Part shown: positions 26,433-40,077 of the stretch, one piece after another | How positions within the stretch are numbered: position 1 is the first letter of the stretch | Layout: each line of letters begins with the position of its first letter | NCBI GenBank assembly: GCA_031835245.2 | Contig: JAVKOQ020000059.1 | Span: forward strand, 1-64,000 | Reading direction: 5' to 3' | Source: Balamuthia mandrillaris | Taxonomy: Eukaryota | Length of the DNA: 64,000 nucleotides | Translations under genes and position numbers: made by a program | Notes under the pieces: generated by a model | The model's input: the letters and a program-made list of their open reading frames with translations, nothing else | What the model was told of the DNA's origin: nothing | Database searches by the model: none

Positions 26433-27221
26433 CCTTCCTTCTTTAGCGGCGTTTTTCTATGTTTTTCTATATTTTTAGGTTAGGGTTAGCGTTTCCAAGG
26501 AAAACCATTCCAACCTGAGGGGTGGCAATCAAAATTTTATCACGGAAATTTTAATTAATTTCATCAGGAAAACAAACCAATTATGAAGAGGGCACCAACT
26601 GCTGATTGGTGGGCATCCGAAATCTTGCCGATATTCGATTATCTCCCGTGATGAGGTACTATATTAGGTCATCCCTTATTAGAACACGGGAGAAAGGATA
26701 AAATTCGCCGTTTTAGAGTGGTCATTCGGCTAATTCGTTCCCTTAAATCGTAATTAACCGGACGGGCGTTTCGCAGCTTTTTTTTTCTTTACAAGTGAGA
26801 GGCAGAGAGAGAGAGCAGAGGACAACGAGGTACCAGCTGCACCTTCATTCTTTCTCCATTCTCAACAAAAAAAGAACCACCTCCCCGTTTTTTTTTTGTT
26901 TTAATTTGCCTGCCTTGTCTCTTGCCCCGAGACACATTGGTTCTCGACTCACGCGCTCTTTTGCTCTTTTTTTTTTTTTGGTGACCACCCAGCGACTTTG
27001 CAGCTTTTTTTTTTGATGCGTGCTTGGTTTCCTGTCTCTGCCGCACATATAAAGGTACTTACTTTTTTTTTCGAGTCTCCATGTTTTTTTTTGTGGTTAT
27101 TTTAATACCTCATTACTTTATTTTTTTTCAATCGCTTCTTATTGATACACCTTTTTGTTTTTGGAAACTAAACTTATGTCCCCACTCCCTCGACAGCAGT
27201 TTTGACAAAGTCTTTCCAAGG

Positions 27222-29200
27222 ATGACCAGCGTGATGGCCGCCATGTTGGCCGAAGAGGAGGAGTGTGAGCTGGTGATAGCCGAAAACTCGGACGAGGAAA
27301 CTTCAGAGGAGGAGGAGGAAGAAGAGGAAGAGGAAGACGACGACGGCATGAACATGGAAGAAGCGTTTGACGAGGAGGAGGAAGAAGAAGAGGACGACGA
27401 CAGCGACGACTCGTCGGATGGAGAGGTCAACGGCGGCAACCAACCATCATGGCAACGGTGGCTGCCCTCTGCTTCAACCATGCAGCAAAAAGAAGAAGCG
27501 GCGGTGGCGCGATTGGCCTCATACAAAATGGTTGGCCACGCACGCACAGATGATGCTTATGTTGATACACAAGGTTTGCGTTGCCTCTTACAAAGATCCA
27601 CTCACGGAAAGATTCCCTAAGATTCTCTCTTGTCGTTGCGTTCTTTCTCTCTTCTTAAATATAGGAGCTAAGCAGCAAAAAGGCAGTGTGTTTGCTACCT
27701 TTGCAGGTTGTACAGATGAAATGCGACGGAGAGCGCACGAAACGCCTCCAAACGGACACTCCTACTCTCCATTCCCATCCTTCTCTTCCCCATCCAATCA
27801 CACCAACACCAATCCCTTTGCACCATCACCAACAATCCAAACCGGAGAGTCGTCCTCTCAAACTTCCTCTGCCTCTACCCCTGCCTCTACCTCTAACACT
27901 CCTGTTCTTCCTTCCTTTGCCCATTACTTTTCTCGACCATCGCCTCGCCCCTCCGTGGTGGCCCCCTCCAATCATTCTTCTCCAGCCTTTGTTTCTGCTC
28001 CCAGCGTTCTCATTCATCGAGAACAAAACCCCCACCATCATCACTATCCTCCTTCTCATTTCCAACAAGAACATACACATTCCTCTGGTGCGGGCGATGA
28101 TTCACCATCAAATGGGGACAGGGAGGACCTGCTCCTCAATTCTATTCTCTCAGAGCTTCGGCAACTCAAAGCTTCCAATCAGGAGCTCAAAAAGACAAGC
28201 AGCAAAATGGTTGGCGAAATGTCCAAATGTAAAGACCACATTCTACGCTCGCATCAACATCAACACCAACGCCAACATCAACCATCATCCTTTCCAAACC
28301 ATCGGCCTTCACAACCGTCTGGGCAAGACCACGACCGAAGAAAACACTTTGGCTTTCAATCCTGTCCTGGTCCTTCCTCTCGACACCGCTCTACTACTGT
28401 AGGCGCTTCTACCTTCTCCTCAACCTCTTCTCCCTTTGCTGTCCCTGCTGTCATCGACAAAGACCACCAGTCCGGCGACTGTCCACTAAGTCCAGGCCAA
28501 GTTCATCGCAGCCACTCCGTCCCTAACCTGCACACTGTTCTCGATATTTCCTCTTCTCTCTCTTCTTCTTCCTCCTCCTCAAAAACATCATCATCTTCTT
28601 CGCCTTCTTCATCCTCCACAACCTCTCCTTACTCCTCATTTTCCTCTTCTCCCTTGCGGAGGTTTGGGGGAGGAAGCGATGGCAGCGATAGAAACGACGG
28701 CGTTGTGTTGGACACAGGATGTGGCAGCGCTCCTTTCGTGTTGAAGGACTCAGCACTGCCCACTGCACTGCTTCGAAGAGAGGGTAGTGGAGCAGTCTTT
28801 GCGGTTGTCAATGACGCCTTTTGCAAACTTTATGGCTGGAAGCAGGTTCGTTGATTATTTCCCGCTTTTTTTCTTCTTCTTTGTTAAAGCTGATGAAACT
28901 CGCTTCCCTCTCCCTTCTCGCTCAAAGGAGGAACTTGTTGATAAGTGTTGGAGTATTCTCATTCCTGAATCAGAGAGAGAAAAGTGTAAACAAGCTTTTG
29001 CCACGCTGTTTCAACGGTCCTCCTCCATCATCAGCCCTATCTTCCGCATGGCATCGAAACACAAGGCAAAAGGAGGGCAGGTCTACGACGTGGTAACCTC
29101 TCATCAAACCTTTTACAGCCAGCAAGGCCTGCCTTGTTCCCATGTGGTGTCGGTGGAAGAGTATCGCCCCGCCTTCGCGCATTGGACCAACACCGTCTGA
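27222..29200 (+). CDS. Low-complexity protein with C-terminal PAS domain
   Basis: VNDAFCKLYGWKQ|EELVDKCWSILIPESERE...HKAKGGQVYDV; acidic N-terminus. Confidence 0.7.
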
Positions 29201-29489
29201 CAAACAGAAAAAAAAAAAAACGGCGAATGTCTTTATTGAAAATTTTGTGAAGATAAACAGTTAAAAGCAAAACACACGCACTGGACATTTTTTGCCTGTG
29301 GCGGCAATCCCAAGGACAAGTGAGAGAGGACAAGAGATAGCAACAAAATGTGAAAATTTTTCCTGGAATTTTTTAAATTAAATTGATAAAACAAAGGAGT
29401 AGCGGACAAGGATGAACGTTTAGTATCGTCAACTAGGGTTTTGCTTGTCTATCTATTCTGGTCCTTGGTGGTGTTTTGTGTGCAGTATC

Positions 29490-30550
29490 ATGGTAGCGTG
29501 TGCCCTTTTTGTTAACAAAAACTTGTGAGGGGGAGGGGAATTGTGCAGTAGCGCGAAGCTGACGCTAACCCTAAATCAGGAAGGGTCCTCGGCCTCGGGC
29601 AGCGGCGACAAGAAGAAGAGAGACAAGGGCAAGGAAAAGTTGCTCGGAACAGAGCCGTACCAACCACAGGTGCAGCAAGAGAGCGTTGGTGAGGAGGAGG
29701 AGGAACATGAGCCCACTTCCAAAGACTCTGGTGGGGCCGCCACCCGGAAGAGGGGCATCAAACCAGCCAACGCCAAGAGCGGCGACTTTGCAAAGAAGGT
29801 CCCTTTCTCGGCGCTATGCCAGCTGTTTGAACGTGCGCTGAAAGCCTCCAAGCAGGCCACCAAAACGAAGCTGTTGGAGGCCTTCTTTTCTCACTACCAT
29901 GACGACGACTACTTTCCTCTTCTTCGCTTGCTCCTGCCTCAAGTACCTTCTGTTTGCTTGTGTTATCTCGTTCTCTTCCCATGTTATTCTGTTTTGATTC
30001 TCTTCTCTGCGCGCTTCTTTCTTCTCGCTCTCTCTCCCTCTCCCTCTCTCTCTCTGACCCTTCTCACCATTTGATGTGTGCTCATCTTTGGGCGACAGCT
30101 GGACAAAGAAAGACAAACGTACGGCATGAAGGAGTCTGTGTTGGGCAAACTCTATGTGCAGATACTCGGCATTTCCCCTGAGAGCGAGGATGCACGTCGT
30201 CTCATTGAGTGGAGAAAGCCTTCTGCCTCTGGTGCTGCCTCCAACTCCAGCAAGCAACTCGCTGACGGAGGAGACTTTGGCACTGCAGTCCAGCTCTCCT
30301 TGAGCAAACGTTGCCCCGAGAAAGGGAGCCTCTCCATTGCCGATGTCAACTCCTGCTTGGACGAGCTCAACGCTGCTACAGACAGGTCAGAGGATTGCTT
30401 CTTCTCTTACTTGCGGTTTAACTAACTTTTTTTGATGATAGGGATGCCAAAGTAAAAGTATTGAAACAGATACTGCGGTCCACTACTGCGGTTGAGCAAA
30501 AATGGTTGGTCAGAATCATACTCAAAGGTGCTCTCGTTCGTTCTCTCTCG

Positions 30551-30594
<44 letters not shown>

Positions 30595-31070
30595 CGACAG
30601 CTGATGGTAAAATTTCTGTTCGTATCCTATCTGTGAAGAGCTAAAGATGGGCTTGTCAGAGAAGTTGATACTGAATTATTTTCATCCGGATGCGGTTGAA
30701 TTGTTCAACGTCACGTCCAGTCTACGTAAGGTGTGCGCGGAACTTAAAGACCCCACCTTTCGCTTAAGTTCTAAGGTTAGTTGAATCTTGCCAAAGCAAT
30801 GACGACGAGAGCGAGAGAAAGTGAGGTGGGAGAGAAGTGAGCGAGCGAATACACAAGTGTAATGCTGACAACTATTGCTATCAGAATGCGTCCCTTTTTC
30901 AACCAGTGAAACCGATGCTGGCAAGTCGAAGATCACCAGAGCTCGTCACCAAGTTTATGGGAGGTAAACCATTCTCCATTGAGACAAAGTTTGATGGGGA
31001 ACGCGTGCAGTTGCATAAGGATGGCAAAAACATCAAACTGTATTCTAGGTTTGCAATCGACCTTACTCCT

Positions 31071-31110
<40 letters not shown>

Positions 31111-34100
31111 CTCCCTCGCTTGCCTAGCATTTTTATTAATTTTTGTTACAGAAATTCGAACGATGTCACTGCCATTTATGGGCCTACCTTGATTCCTCAT
31201 TTGCTGGCATCTGTATTAGTGACAAGGTACACGGCTGCTCGTCGCCTTCAAGTTTGTTTGTTTGTTTGTTTGTTTGTTTGTTTGTTTGTTTGTTTGTTTG
31301 TTTGTTTGTTTGTTTGTTTGTTTGTTTGTTTGTTTGTTTGTTTGTTTGCCTTTCGCTCTTAATATTTTCTTCAAAGATGCATTATTGATGGAGAGCTGTT
31401 GGTGTGGGATTCATTGACTGGTCGCTTCGAAGACTTTGGAAAATTGAAGTCTTTGGGTAGTGAAACCCACCACTTAGCATACGTACTCTTGGAAACTTAC
31501 TCTCTCTCTCTCTCTCTCTCTCTGTCCTCTCTCCTCGCTCATATTTTAGCTCAATATGAACGTGAGAAAGCGAGTGGCTCGCTGAGTTTACAACAAGACG
31601 TGGACATTGGAACTCATTATGGCAAACGCTTTTGTTGTAATACTTCTCCTCTCTCTCTCTTCTCGTTCTTCTGCCGCTCAGCCTACAAAATGTACATTTC
31701 TCAGATATGGCTTTCGACCTGCTATATGTCAACGATAAAAGCGTGTTGGAGTTGACTTTGAGTCAGCGTATGACTTTGCTAAAACGCTGCATTAAATCCC
31801 AAGAAAAAGTAGTAGAGGTCGTGCAACAAACGGAAGCTCATTCCACGGAGGACGTAGTCAATGCTTTGGATGCCGCAATCATGAACAGGGAGGAAGGTAT
31901 CATGGTTAAAGATATGAGCTCCACCTATGTTCCCAACGAGCGGAAGGATAAGTGGATCAAGATAAAGCCCGAGTATATTGAAGGACTTGGCGACGATCTT
32001 GATCTCATCATTCTTGGTTAGTATCCATTCTGGTGTTGTCCTTTTACCTCGCTAACATCTGTCCATTGTTTCTTAATACTCCTTTTGAAGGAGGGTATTA
32101 TGGAACTGGTTTAGGAAGACGTGGCGGTTCCATTTCGCATTTTTTGCTTGGTGTTGTGGCGGAGCGGGATAGTGCTGGCCGACCTTCCTTGTATTTACTC
32201 TCCTTTTTTTGTTGCTAAAAATCTCTTTCACTCACATGGCATCTCCTTTTGGCACGTTGTCCTACGTAACGAACAGGTTTTACTCTTTGGCTAAAGTGGG
32301 AAGCGGTTACACAGATAACGAGTTGCAGGTCCTGCAAACTACATTACAAAAATATTGGAAGCCTTATTCTCAACAATCTCCACCAAGTTGCTTTTTGCTT
32401 CAAGATGGGAAGGAACGACCTGATGTGTGGGTTGAACCAAAACAGTAAGCTTTTTTTGTTCTTTGGCGTTTCCTTGCGTTCATGCCTTTGTCGTCCTTAT
32501 AGCTCTCGCATTTTGCAAGTGAAAGCCGCACAACTTGTGGTCACAGAGAAGTATAAGGCTGGTTACACATTGCGTTTTCCACGTGTTGTCATGATTCGCT
32601 CTGACAAGAGTTGGCTTGATTGTATGGATCTTTCAGGTTGGATTTCGATTTTTCTCCCTCCTTCTCTACCTCCTCTGCTAAAACAGTTTTCTGCTGAACA
32701 GGCATCATCACATTAGCTAAAGAGTTTGAAGGGCGGTATGCAAAGAGGAGATTTGCTGGAAAGTTACAACAAGAAGAAGAGGGAGATGGCGTGGTTAAAA
32801 AACGAAGCCGAGGAGCAGCTCGCAAAGTACATACCGTTGGCAAACAATTTCAAGATACAGACGTGAGCCATGTGGCTGTAAAACAGCTGCTCTTTCGCTC
32901 CAAAGAGTTTTGTATGTGCTTCCCATTCTCTTCGCTTGCTTATTGTTTATCATGATTTCTTTTGCTCCGTTTTGTGTTTCCCTAAATATTTCTGTAGGTG
33001 TTATGAGCGGTGATCATGACCTTTCCAAACAACAATTGGAAACGCTGATTCATGAGTACGGAGGTACAAAAGTACAGCATCCCACCGCCTCCACGTTTTG
33101 TGTCATAGCAGCTAGAGAAAGTATTTCTCTCTCTCATCTCACTCTTTCTCTTACAATTCACTAAAATTGCTTTGCAGCGTTGAAAGTAAAGAACTTAATA
33201 CAACGAGGCGTATGTGACGTAGTGCATTATAAATGGCTGCTGGATTGCGTTCACGCAAACAAAGAAGTACCGCTTGAACCAAAGTAAGCGCACACCCTTT
33301 TCCTCCACTCACAAACTTGTTGAAAAAACCAAACTCTCTCTAATGTCTTCTCTCTTTTCTAGGTACATGCTTTTTACTACGAAGGAAACCAAAAGTAAAT
33401 TTTTGTTGGAGATTGACAGATTTGGAGATAGTTATACCAAAGATGCCACGGAAGCAACTTTGCAGGAAGCTTTTCGTCAGTTTGACAAGGAGTTAGAGGA
33501 AAGGAAAAAAGAGTGGGCATCTTTGGAGGAGGAGCAGCAACAACGGGAAGAAGAGAAGCGAAAACAAAAACGAAAAAGAGCACCACGAAAAAAAGCTGGG
33601 GGCGAAGAAGAGAAAGCTGCACCAGACGAAGGGCACGAAAGTGAAGAGCCTTCCTCCAAAGGAAGAAAGAGAAGACGAACGAACGGAAAAGGCAATGGAG
33701 AAGAAAAAGAAACAGTACAGGAAGGGGTAAAGGAGGACCCTTTTTCAAAAGAAGCAGAACAGGAAGAAGAATTGACCGTTGAAGACGCAGAGTTTGCGGC
33801 CCGAATAGCAAAGATGGAAGAGGAGAAGAGAGAAGAAAAGCTTTTGACCGAGTTTGGAAGAGCGGAAACCATTTCTTTTGAAGAGAAGTACTTCGTGGAA
33901 GAGAGGCCTTGGTGGGCTCTGTTCAGGAATTTTGTGGTTTATTTGGATTGCTATCGCGTCATTGGGTTTGTTCTTCTCTCTATGTTTGTTATTTATGTAA
34001 CTGATGCGATGATACAAAAAGAGATGAGAGCAGCGTGATAGAGGATAACGGACTCGTGGTTGTTGCTCACCTCATTCGCTTCTATGGAGGTCGTTTGTCC

Positions 34101-34237
34101 ACGGTGCTGGACCATAGCGTGACCCACGTTGTCTTTGATCCATTTGACCTTTCTCGCCTTCCTCTGCTTCGGAAACGATTGAAAGAGTATGATGTCGCTT
34201 AACTATTTTCTTCATCTTCTCTCTCGTTTTTCTTCTG

Positions 34238-34269
<32 letters not shown>

Positions 34270-34446
34270 CCCCTACCTCGAATCTTTTCGAACTGACTCT
34301 TTGTTTAAAGACTTTTGCACGAACAACCAAAACGAGCCAAACATTTGGTGGACAAACGATGGGTGGAAGAGAGCGTCCTAGCTCACGACGATCTGGACGA
34401 GAGGGAATATCTTCCTCCCTCCAACCCCGCTGCCTCCGCTTCCTAG
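29490..34446 (+). CDS. LIG4: DNA ligase IV
   Basis: Motifs YGMKESVLGKLY, IETKFDGERVQLHK, EEGIMVK, WIKIKPEY, LRFPRV, then two BRCT domains. Confidence 0.95.
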
Positions 34447-34772
34447 TGCTCCTTGACCAAGCCTTTTGTGTGGTTTTTTTTTAAATCATCATAAATATTT
34501 CTAAGAAAAATTTGTTTTTTCATGTCGTCACGGAGCATTTCGTGTCGACTGAAAGGAAAAAAAATGAAATGAAAAGCAACGAAACCGAAAGGCAACGAAA
34601 CCGCAGGTCAAAAAACAAAAGCGGCTTGGGGGCGGGCCTTCTCGAAACCTTTAGGGCACGTAGGGGGGTTATTTTTTGAATTGTTCCTTGAACAGTTGTT
34701 GTTCTTCCAAGGGCACATACGACGTTGCAGACACGCGCGCACCAAACGCCTCGTTCGTTTACTCCCATCGTT

Positions 34773-34903
34773 ATGGAGGATTCTAACAGAAGTAGCTCGA
34801 ACGGTCGGCCAACCGGCAGAGAGTTTCTTATTACGTCTGACGGTACTTGTTGACAAGAGGAGGTTCCATATCTTGGGATTTTTTTTGCTCACAGTTTTTT
34901 TTC

Positions 34904-34950
<47 letters not shown>

Positions 34951-37900
34951 AAACAAAAAGATTCCATTTGGAGCCAGCTGACCGATTTGCCGGACGCTAT
35001 TGACTTTGCCACCTTGGCTGGCTCCCCTCCCAAAGGTCTCTTTCCTCCACTTCACACGGAACCTCATCCTTCTGCCTACGACGCCCCCGCTTCCTCCTCC
35101 TCTTCTTCCTCCTCCTTCTCCTCAGCCACGACTCGCAGCTCTTATCCCGATCCGGCCGTTCCTGAGCCTTCCTCTTCTCTCTTCCCTCCCTTCAGCCTTC
35201 CTCCCTATCATCCTGCCTTCAATTCTTCTTCCTCCTCCTCCTCTTCCTCCGCTTCCACGCAACTGCCTTACATCCTTCCCTTTCCTCCAGCTACTTTCCA
35301 ACAACAGCAGCAACCACAACAACCTCTTCCAACTTTTGTACCACCACAAACCCAACAACCAACTTATTCCTTTCCTTCTGCTTCTGCTTCTTCTTCTTCT
35401 TCTTCTTCTTCTTCTTCTTCTCGCCTCCACTACACAATAGGAAGCAACAGCACGAGCGCCACCTGCAGCAGCACAACGAGCAGCCAACCGTCTTCCCCTC
35501 TCAGCTGTCCCTCTATAACCCCTGAGGAGGCTGCCACCAAGGAAATGCGACTCACCCTCAGTCACAAGCCCCGCCACTCGGGCGGGCAGTGGTTCGCGCT
35601 GGCCCCCAAGGACAGGGTGAGGGTGACCAAGGGTGTTGGCAAAAAGTTGCGCCTGACGATTGAGTGCAACTTCCCCTTTGAGTGGGGGGAGGTGGGGCTG
35701 GACATGGTGGACGTGCCCTCCGGGCAAGTCCTGCCCCCTGGAGAGAGCACCTTTCAAGTGGACTGCTCCAAACCCAGGCCCTCAGAGAGCAGCGGAGTGG
35801 TGGAGATTAACCTGAGGAAGCTGTCCCGATTAGGGGAGTTCAGAGTGGTCCTGACCTCTAGGTATGGATGGCGGTGTGAGGGTAGGACCGTCACTTTTGT
35901 TAGCCACAATAATGGGAAGCAACTGTACGTTTGTTTTTGGAACAACATTCTTGTCTTCTTTACCTCTGTTCTTCTGCTTACGTCTCGTTATCCCTATTTA
36001 TAAAATTAATAGGAAAGGCAGACGTGGAGCAAGTTCCGCTGCCGATGCTCTCCGGCAAGCTACCTCTCCTGTTTATACCGAACCCAATTCCATAGACGAA
36101 GAGGAAAGCGAAATCCCGGGCACTCCGTCACCTGATGCTTCTCTATCATCACCTCTACCACCATCGCCATCACCATCTGTCGAAGAAATTACCACCACAC
36201 CCACTGAAGGTGCATCCAAGAAGAGAAAACAAGAGGATGGCACAGCAACGGTGGAGACACATCAGATCTCTGGTTCGTTGCATGTAGATGGAGTGGTAAG
36301 AGCCAAAGGCTTCATTCAGTATTCCGACATTCGCCTAAAGACGAACATTGCCGACCTCATGAATGCTATGGAGATCGTGAGCAAGCTGGAAGGCAAAACC
36401 TATCGCTGGAAAAAGGACCCGTTCAACCAGAAGAATGGAGTACAGGCAAATGAAGAAGAGTTGAACGGGGAGAGCGAAGGCGGTAAGAGAGTAATTGGGC
36501 TTATCGCTCAGGAAGTGCAGAGAGTGTGTCCAGAGGTTGTGAGCGAAGACCCCCTCACCGGTCTGTTGAGCGTAAACTATTCAGAGTTGGTAGTAGTTGT
36601 GTCTACTGCCCTCAAGCAGCATTTGCAAGAGTACAATAGCGATAAGAACGAGATCAGGAAAGAGCTAGAGGAGCTACGGAAGGAATTGGAGGAGCTCAAA
36701 TTGGCCAGTTATGCTTCTGTTGCACCCTCTTTGGTGCAAGAAGGAGATAAGAAGGAAACAGTAGAGGAAGATGAAGAAAAGGATAATGATGACGATGAGG
36801 ACGATGGTGAGGATGGACAGGACGACGACGACGACGACGACGACGATGATGATGATGACGATGGCGACTCGCCAGTACGCCCTGTGGAAATGGAACGCCG
36901 GAGACCACTAGGAAAGCTGCCCCGAGCCGAAAGGCAGCGATGGCGAGCCCAAAAGAAGATGGTGAAATTAATCAAGAGAAAAACTGACAACTTCAGTAAA
37001 CCAATGACGCCTGAAGCTGCCGAGGTGATTGTGCAATGGGCAGAACATCTTGAAAATAAGGCTAAACTGGCTCGCCAACAAGCCCGAAGGAGGAGAAAAG
37101 CTCACCAACACCGAGCAGCAAAAGGTTCTTCTCTCGACATTTCAAAACTTAAATCTGTGCATTTTCGCTTTTATTATTGATAATGGGCTTACATTTTCTT
37201 CTGCTTTTGTTTTTGTTTGCTTAGATGAGCCACATGCAACCTTCAAGGCAAAGCCATGGCCACGTGAAAAGCCGCATCGCAAAAAAGACAAAGCTGAACG
37301 AGTAGCGTTGCGACAAGAGAAAGAAGCGATGAAGTTCCAAAAGAGTCTCATGATGGACCCCATCAAGATGCAATCGCTTATTGCAAAGCTTCAGGCACGG
37401 GTGTTTCGAGCAGCACTTAAGAACAATTCCAAACTGGTGGTATTTTTGCTTTGGAACACAGGGTCCGTCACCGATTTGAAGCTACACTTATTCACTGCTC
37501 GAACACTGAAAACCTTCGAAAAACGAGGTGCCTCTCTTCCTCTTCTACATGCGTTACTTTGAATTTATTTTTCTTTTTTTTAAAGTTGAGAAAAAGAAGG
37601 GAACTTGGAGCATAATTGGCATTCAAGGCGGTCACGGCATCACTGGTAAGGCCTACGATGGTGTCTATCGCATTGCCGTGGAGGCCGTTGGTGGTAATGC
37701 CTACCACATTCAACAAGCTCAAGCTTGTGTTGCTGGTTTGTTCTTCTCTCTTTATCTCTCTTTGATTGCAACAAGACTAAAAAAAAATCCCTCTTATTCG
37801 TTTCCTAGTGTTTGATTTCCGACGACCGGGCGTCGCCCCTTTGATGGTGCCAAGCGCATCCGTTATAGGCGACGTAGGCAAGATTTGGCTTGTAGGAAGC

Positions 37901-39133
37901 TTTTTGGTGCAAAAGAACATCTTCCGTTGGATCAAACTGTACGCTTCTCTCTCTCTCTCTCTCTCTCCCTCCCTCTCTCCCTCTCCCCCGTTTTCTCTTT
38001 TTAACGTATTTTACGCCAAACATAGCCCCAATCGCGTTGTTAAACAAGTGCCAAAGCAGTGGGAGACGCTCTCTCTTCGTGAAGGCGAGGATGACGGAGA
38101 AGATGACTACCTTGACAATCAAACCACCGACGCCGCCAGCGCCCTCGACGACCACATCATTGGTGGTCCTCCTGATGATGAAGACAATCCTGCTTTTGCA
38201 TCTTCATCTTCATCCTCTTCTACCTCCTCTTCTACCAATCAAGCTGCATACTCTCCACCGAGAAGACGAATTGTGCCTGTGTTAGAGCCACGGCGTGTCT
38301 TTTTGAGAATGAGCGCAGGCAACTATCTCAGCGCCACCGAAGAAGGTCATCTCTGTTGTCGTTGCATAACTCTGGAAGAAGAGAACGGCCCCATGTTTGA
38401 TCAGATTTGGGACCTGGAATTCACCAGAAGAGCTCTGGTAGAGGAGGAAGAAGGTGGCTGCATCAAGTTGAGAGAAGAGCCAGGAGGGAGAAGAACCAAC
38501 TATGACCCTACACATAACGCCACTCTTCGTTCTTATCACGGCCAATACTTGTCTCTTACTCGGCCTTCCCCCGTTTCTTCCTCGTCTGCGATTCGATCTA
38601 CAAACAACAACAATGAAACAGCGGAATTGGGGTTGGTCACAAGAGATCTTCCTGGTCCCAACGAGAGATGGCTCTTCCGTTTGGACGAAGCAAGACAGAC
38701 CATTTGTCTTTGTGCTTCATCCGTCGAACAAGATCTCTTTATGGTCACAACTGACAACTCCTCTGACCGAGTAATTGCCATCAACGTAACAAGGAGGCAA
38801 AGAAGAGGAAGAACAGGAAGCGGACAGCAAGGAAAAGGCAAAGAATATGACGATGACGAGGAAGTGGAAGAAGAGGAAAGGTACTGTTGGTACATGGAGG
38901 TGGGTCCTTCAAGAGAGCAGCAACACGCCCAACAAGCACAGGAGGTGTGGGAGGGAGTGACACAGGCTCACGCCATCTTTGGCCTTTCTTTCTCCGCTCC
39001 TCAGCTCTCCACGGCTTCGCCTCACTCGGCCGACGGCGATGAGGAGGACGAGTCCGAAGAAATGGAAGAGCAAGAGGAAAAGAGCAAAACGCAGAAGAAG
39101 AAAACGAGCCGGTCGCTGGCCCACTCCGAATAA
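34773..39133 (+). CDS. Multi-domain protein with peptidase S74 / intramolecular chaperone autoprocessing domain, unrecognised N-terminal globular domain and C-terminal fascin-like beta-trefoil
   Basis: QYSDIRLKTNI...GLIAQEVQRVCPEVV...VNYSEL plus a coiled coil. Exons join in frame via GT-AG introns. C-terminal repeats VFLRMSAGNYLSA, TLRSYHGQYLSL, GPNERW. Confidence 0.8.
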
Positions 39134-39242
39134 GATAAGAAACAAGAAGAGCAACTCAACCGAAACAACAAACCCAAAAAAAAAATACTAATGCAGCTGT
39201 AAATTAAGGCGGCGCAAAGATCATTATTCAAAAACATTTGTT

Positions 39243-39682
39243 TTATTCATCTTGGTTGCTGCTGCCGGCTCCGCTCTGCTTGGAGCCCAGGACGGTCATG
39301 TTGATGGTGAACTGGACGCTGAGGTTCTCCCCGCCGACGGTGACGGCCTTCCTGCCGCTGGTCGTCCAGCCGAAGCTGCCGGTGCTGTGCTTGTGGGGTT
39401 TGGCCAGGAAGAGGTGGGCCTGCTTGCTGTCGTCAGGGCCGGGGCCGATGATGACGGTCTCCAGCTCGGTGGCTTTGTTAAGGAACTCCTCCAGGCTTAA
39501 GGGGCAGGAGGTGGTGGAGTTGGAGGTGCTGCTCTCCCCCTCGGCCTTCTTGCCCTTCTTGGGCGGGGAGGGCTTGTTTTCCTGTGCGGTGTCCTCCTTC
39601 TTCATTTTGACGACGACGATAAGAACAAGCAAAGAAACACAAAATGTATTAGGCGCCAAGAAAAAAAATAGAAAGAGAGAGA

Positions 39683-39714
<32 letters not shown>

Positions 39715-39774
39715 AGAAAACGCTACGGTTTTGGTGTTGTTGGCCTTCCTCTTGGCGGTTCTCTTGGTGGACAT
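39243..39774 (-). CDS. Small basic protein of unknown function (TGSFGW...VQFTINMTVLGSK motif)
   Basis: GC-rich coding-style exon, Lys-rich N-terminus, one probable intron. Confidence 0.7.
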
Positions 39775-40077
39775 GTTGGAGTAACTAGTGTGTGTGTGTG
39801 GGAGTTTGCGCTGAGCAGCAAAGATGTTTTTTTTTTTTTTTTGGCGGTGCGTAATTCCGGCTCTGCAGATCTATTTAATTTGTGCGGTTACCTCGTGTTC
39901 GACGACCGCGGGTGACTTTGTATTTTTTAATTTTTTAAATCTACAGATCAATCGATCCGATCGTCATGATTTTTGTCGACATTTGGCGCTGCTCCTTTCG
40001 TGCTCGTTTTGTGCAACCTGAGCGCTCAAAAATAAGAAGAAAAAAGTAGTAGACGGATCAACGAGGAGAGAGAGAGA

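Noticed and set aside
26474..26490. Telomere-like TTAGGTTAGGGTTAG (also CTAACCCTAA at 29566)
   Set aside because: Only 1-3 units; could be telo-box-like promoter motifs but chance cannot be excluded.
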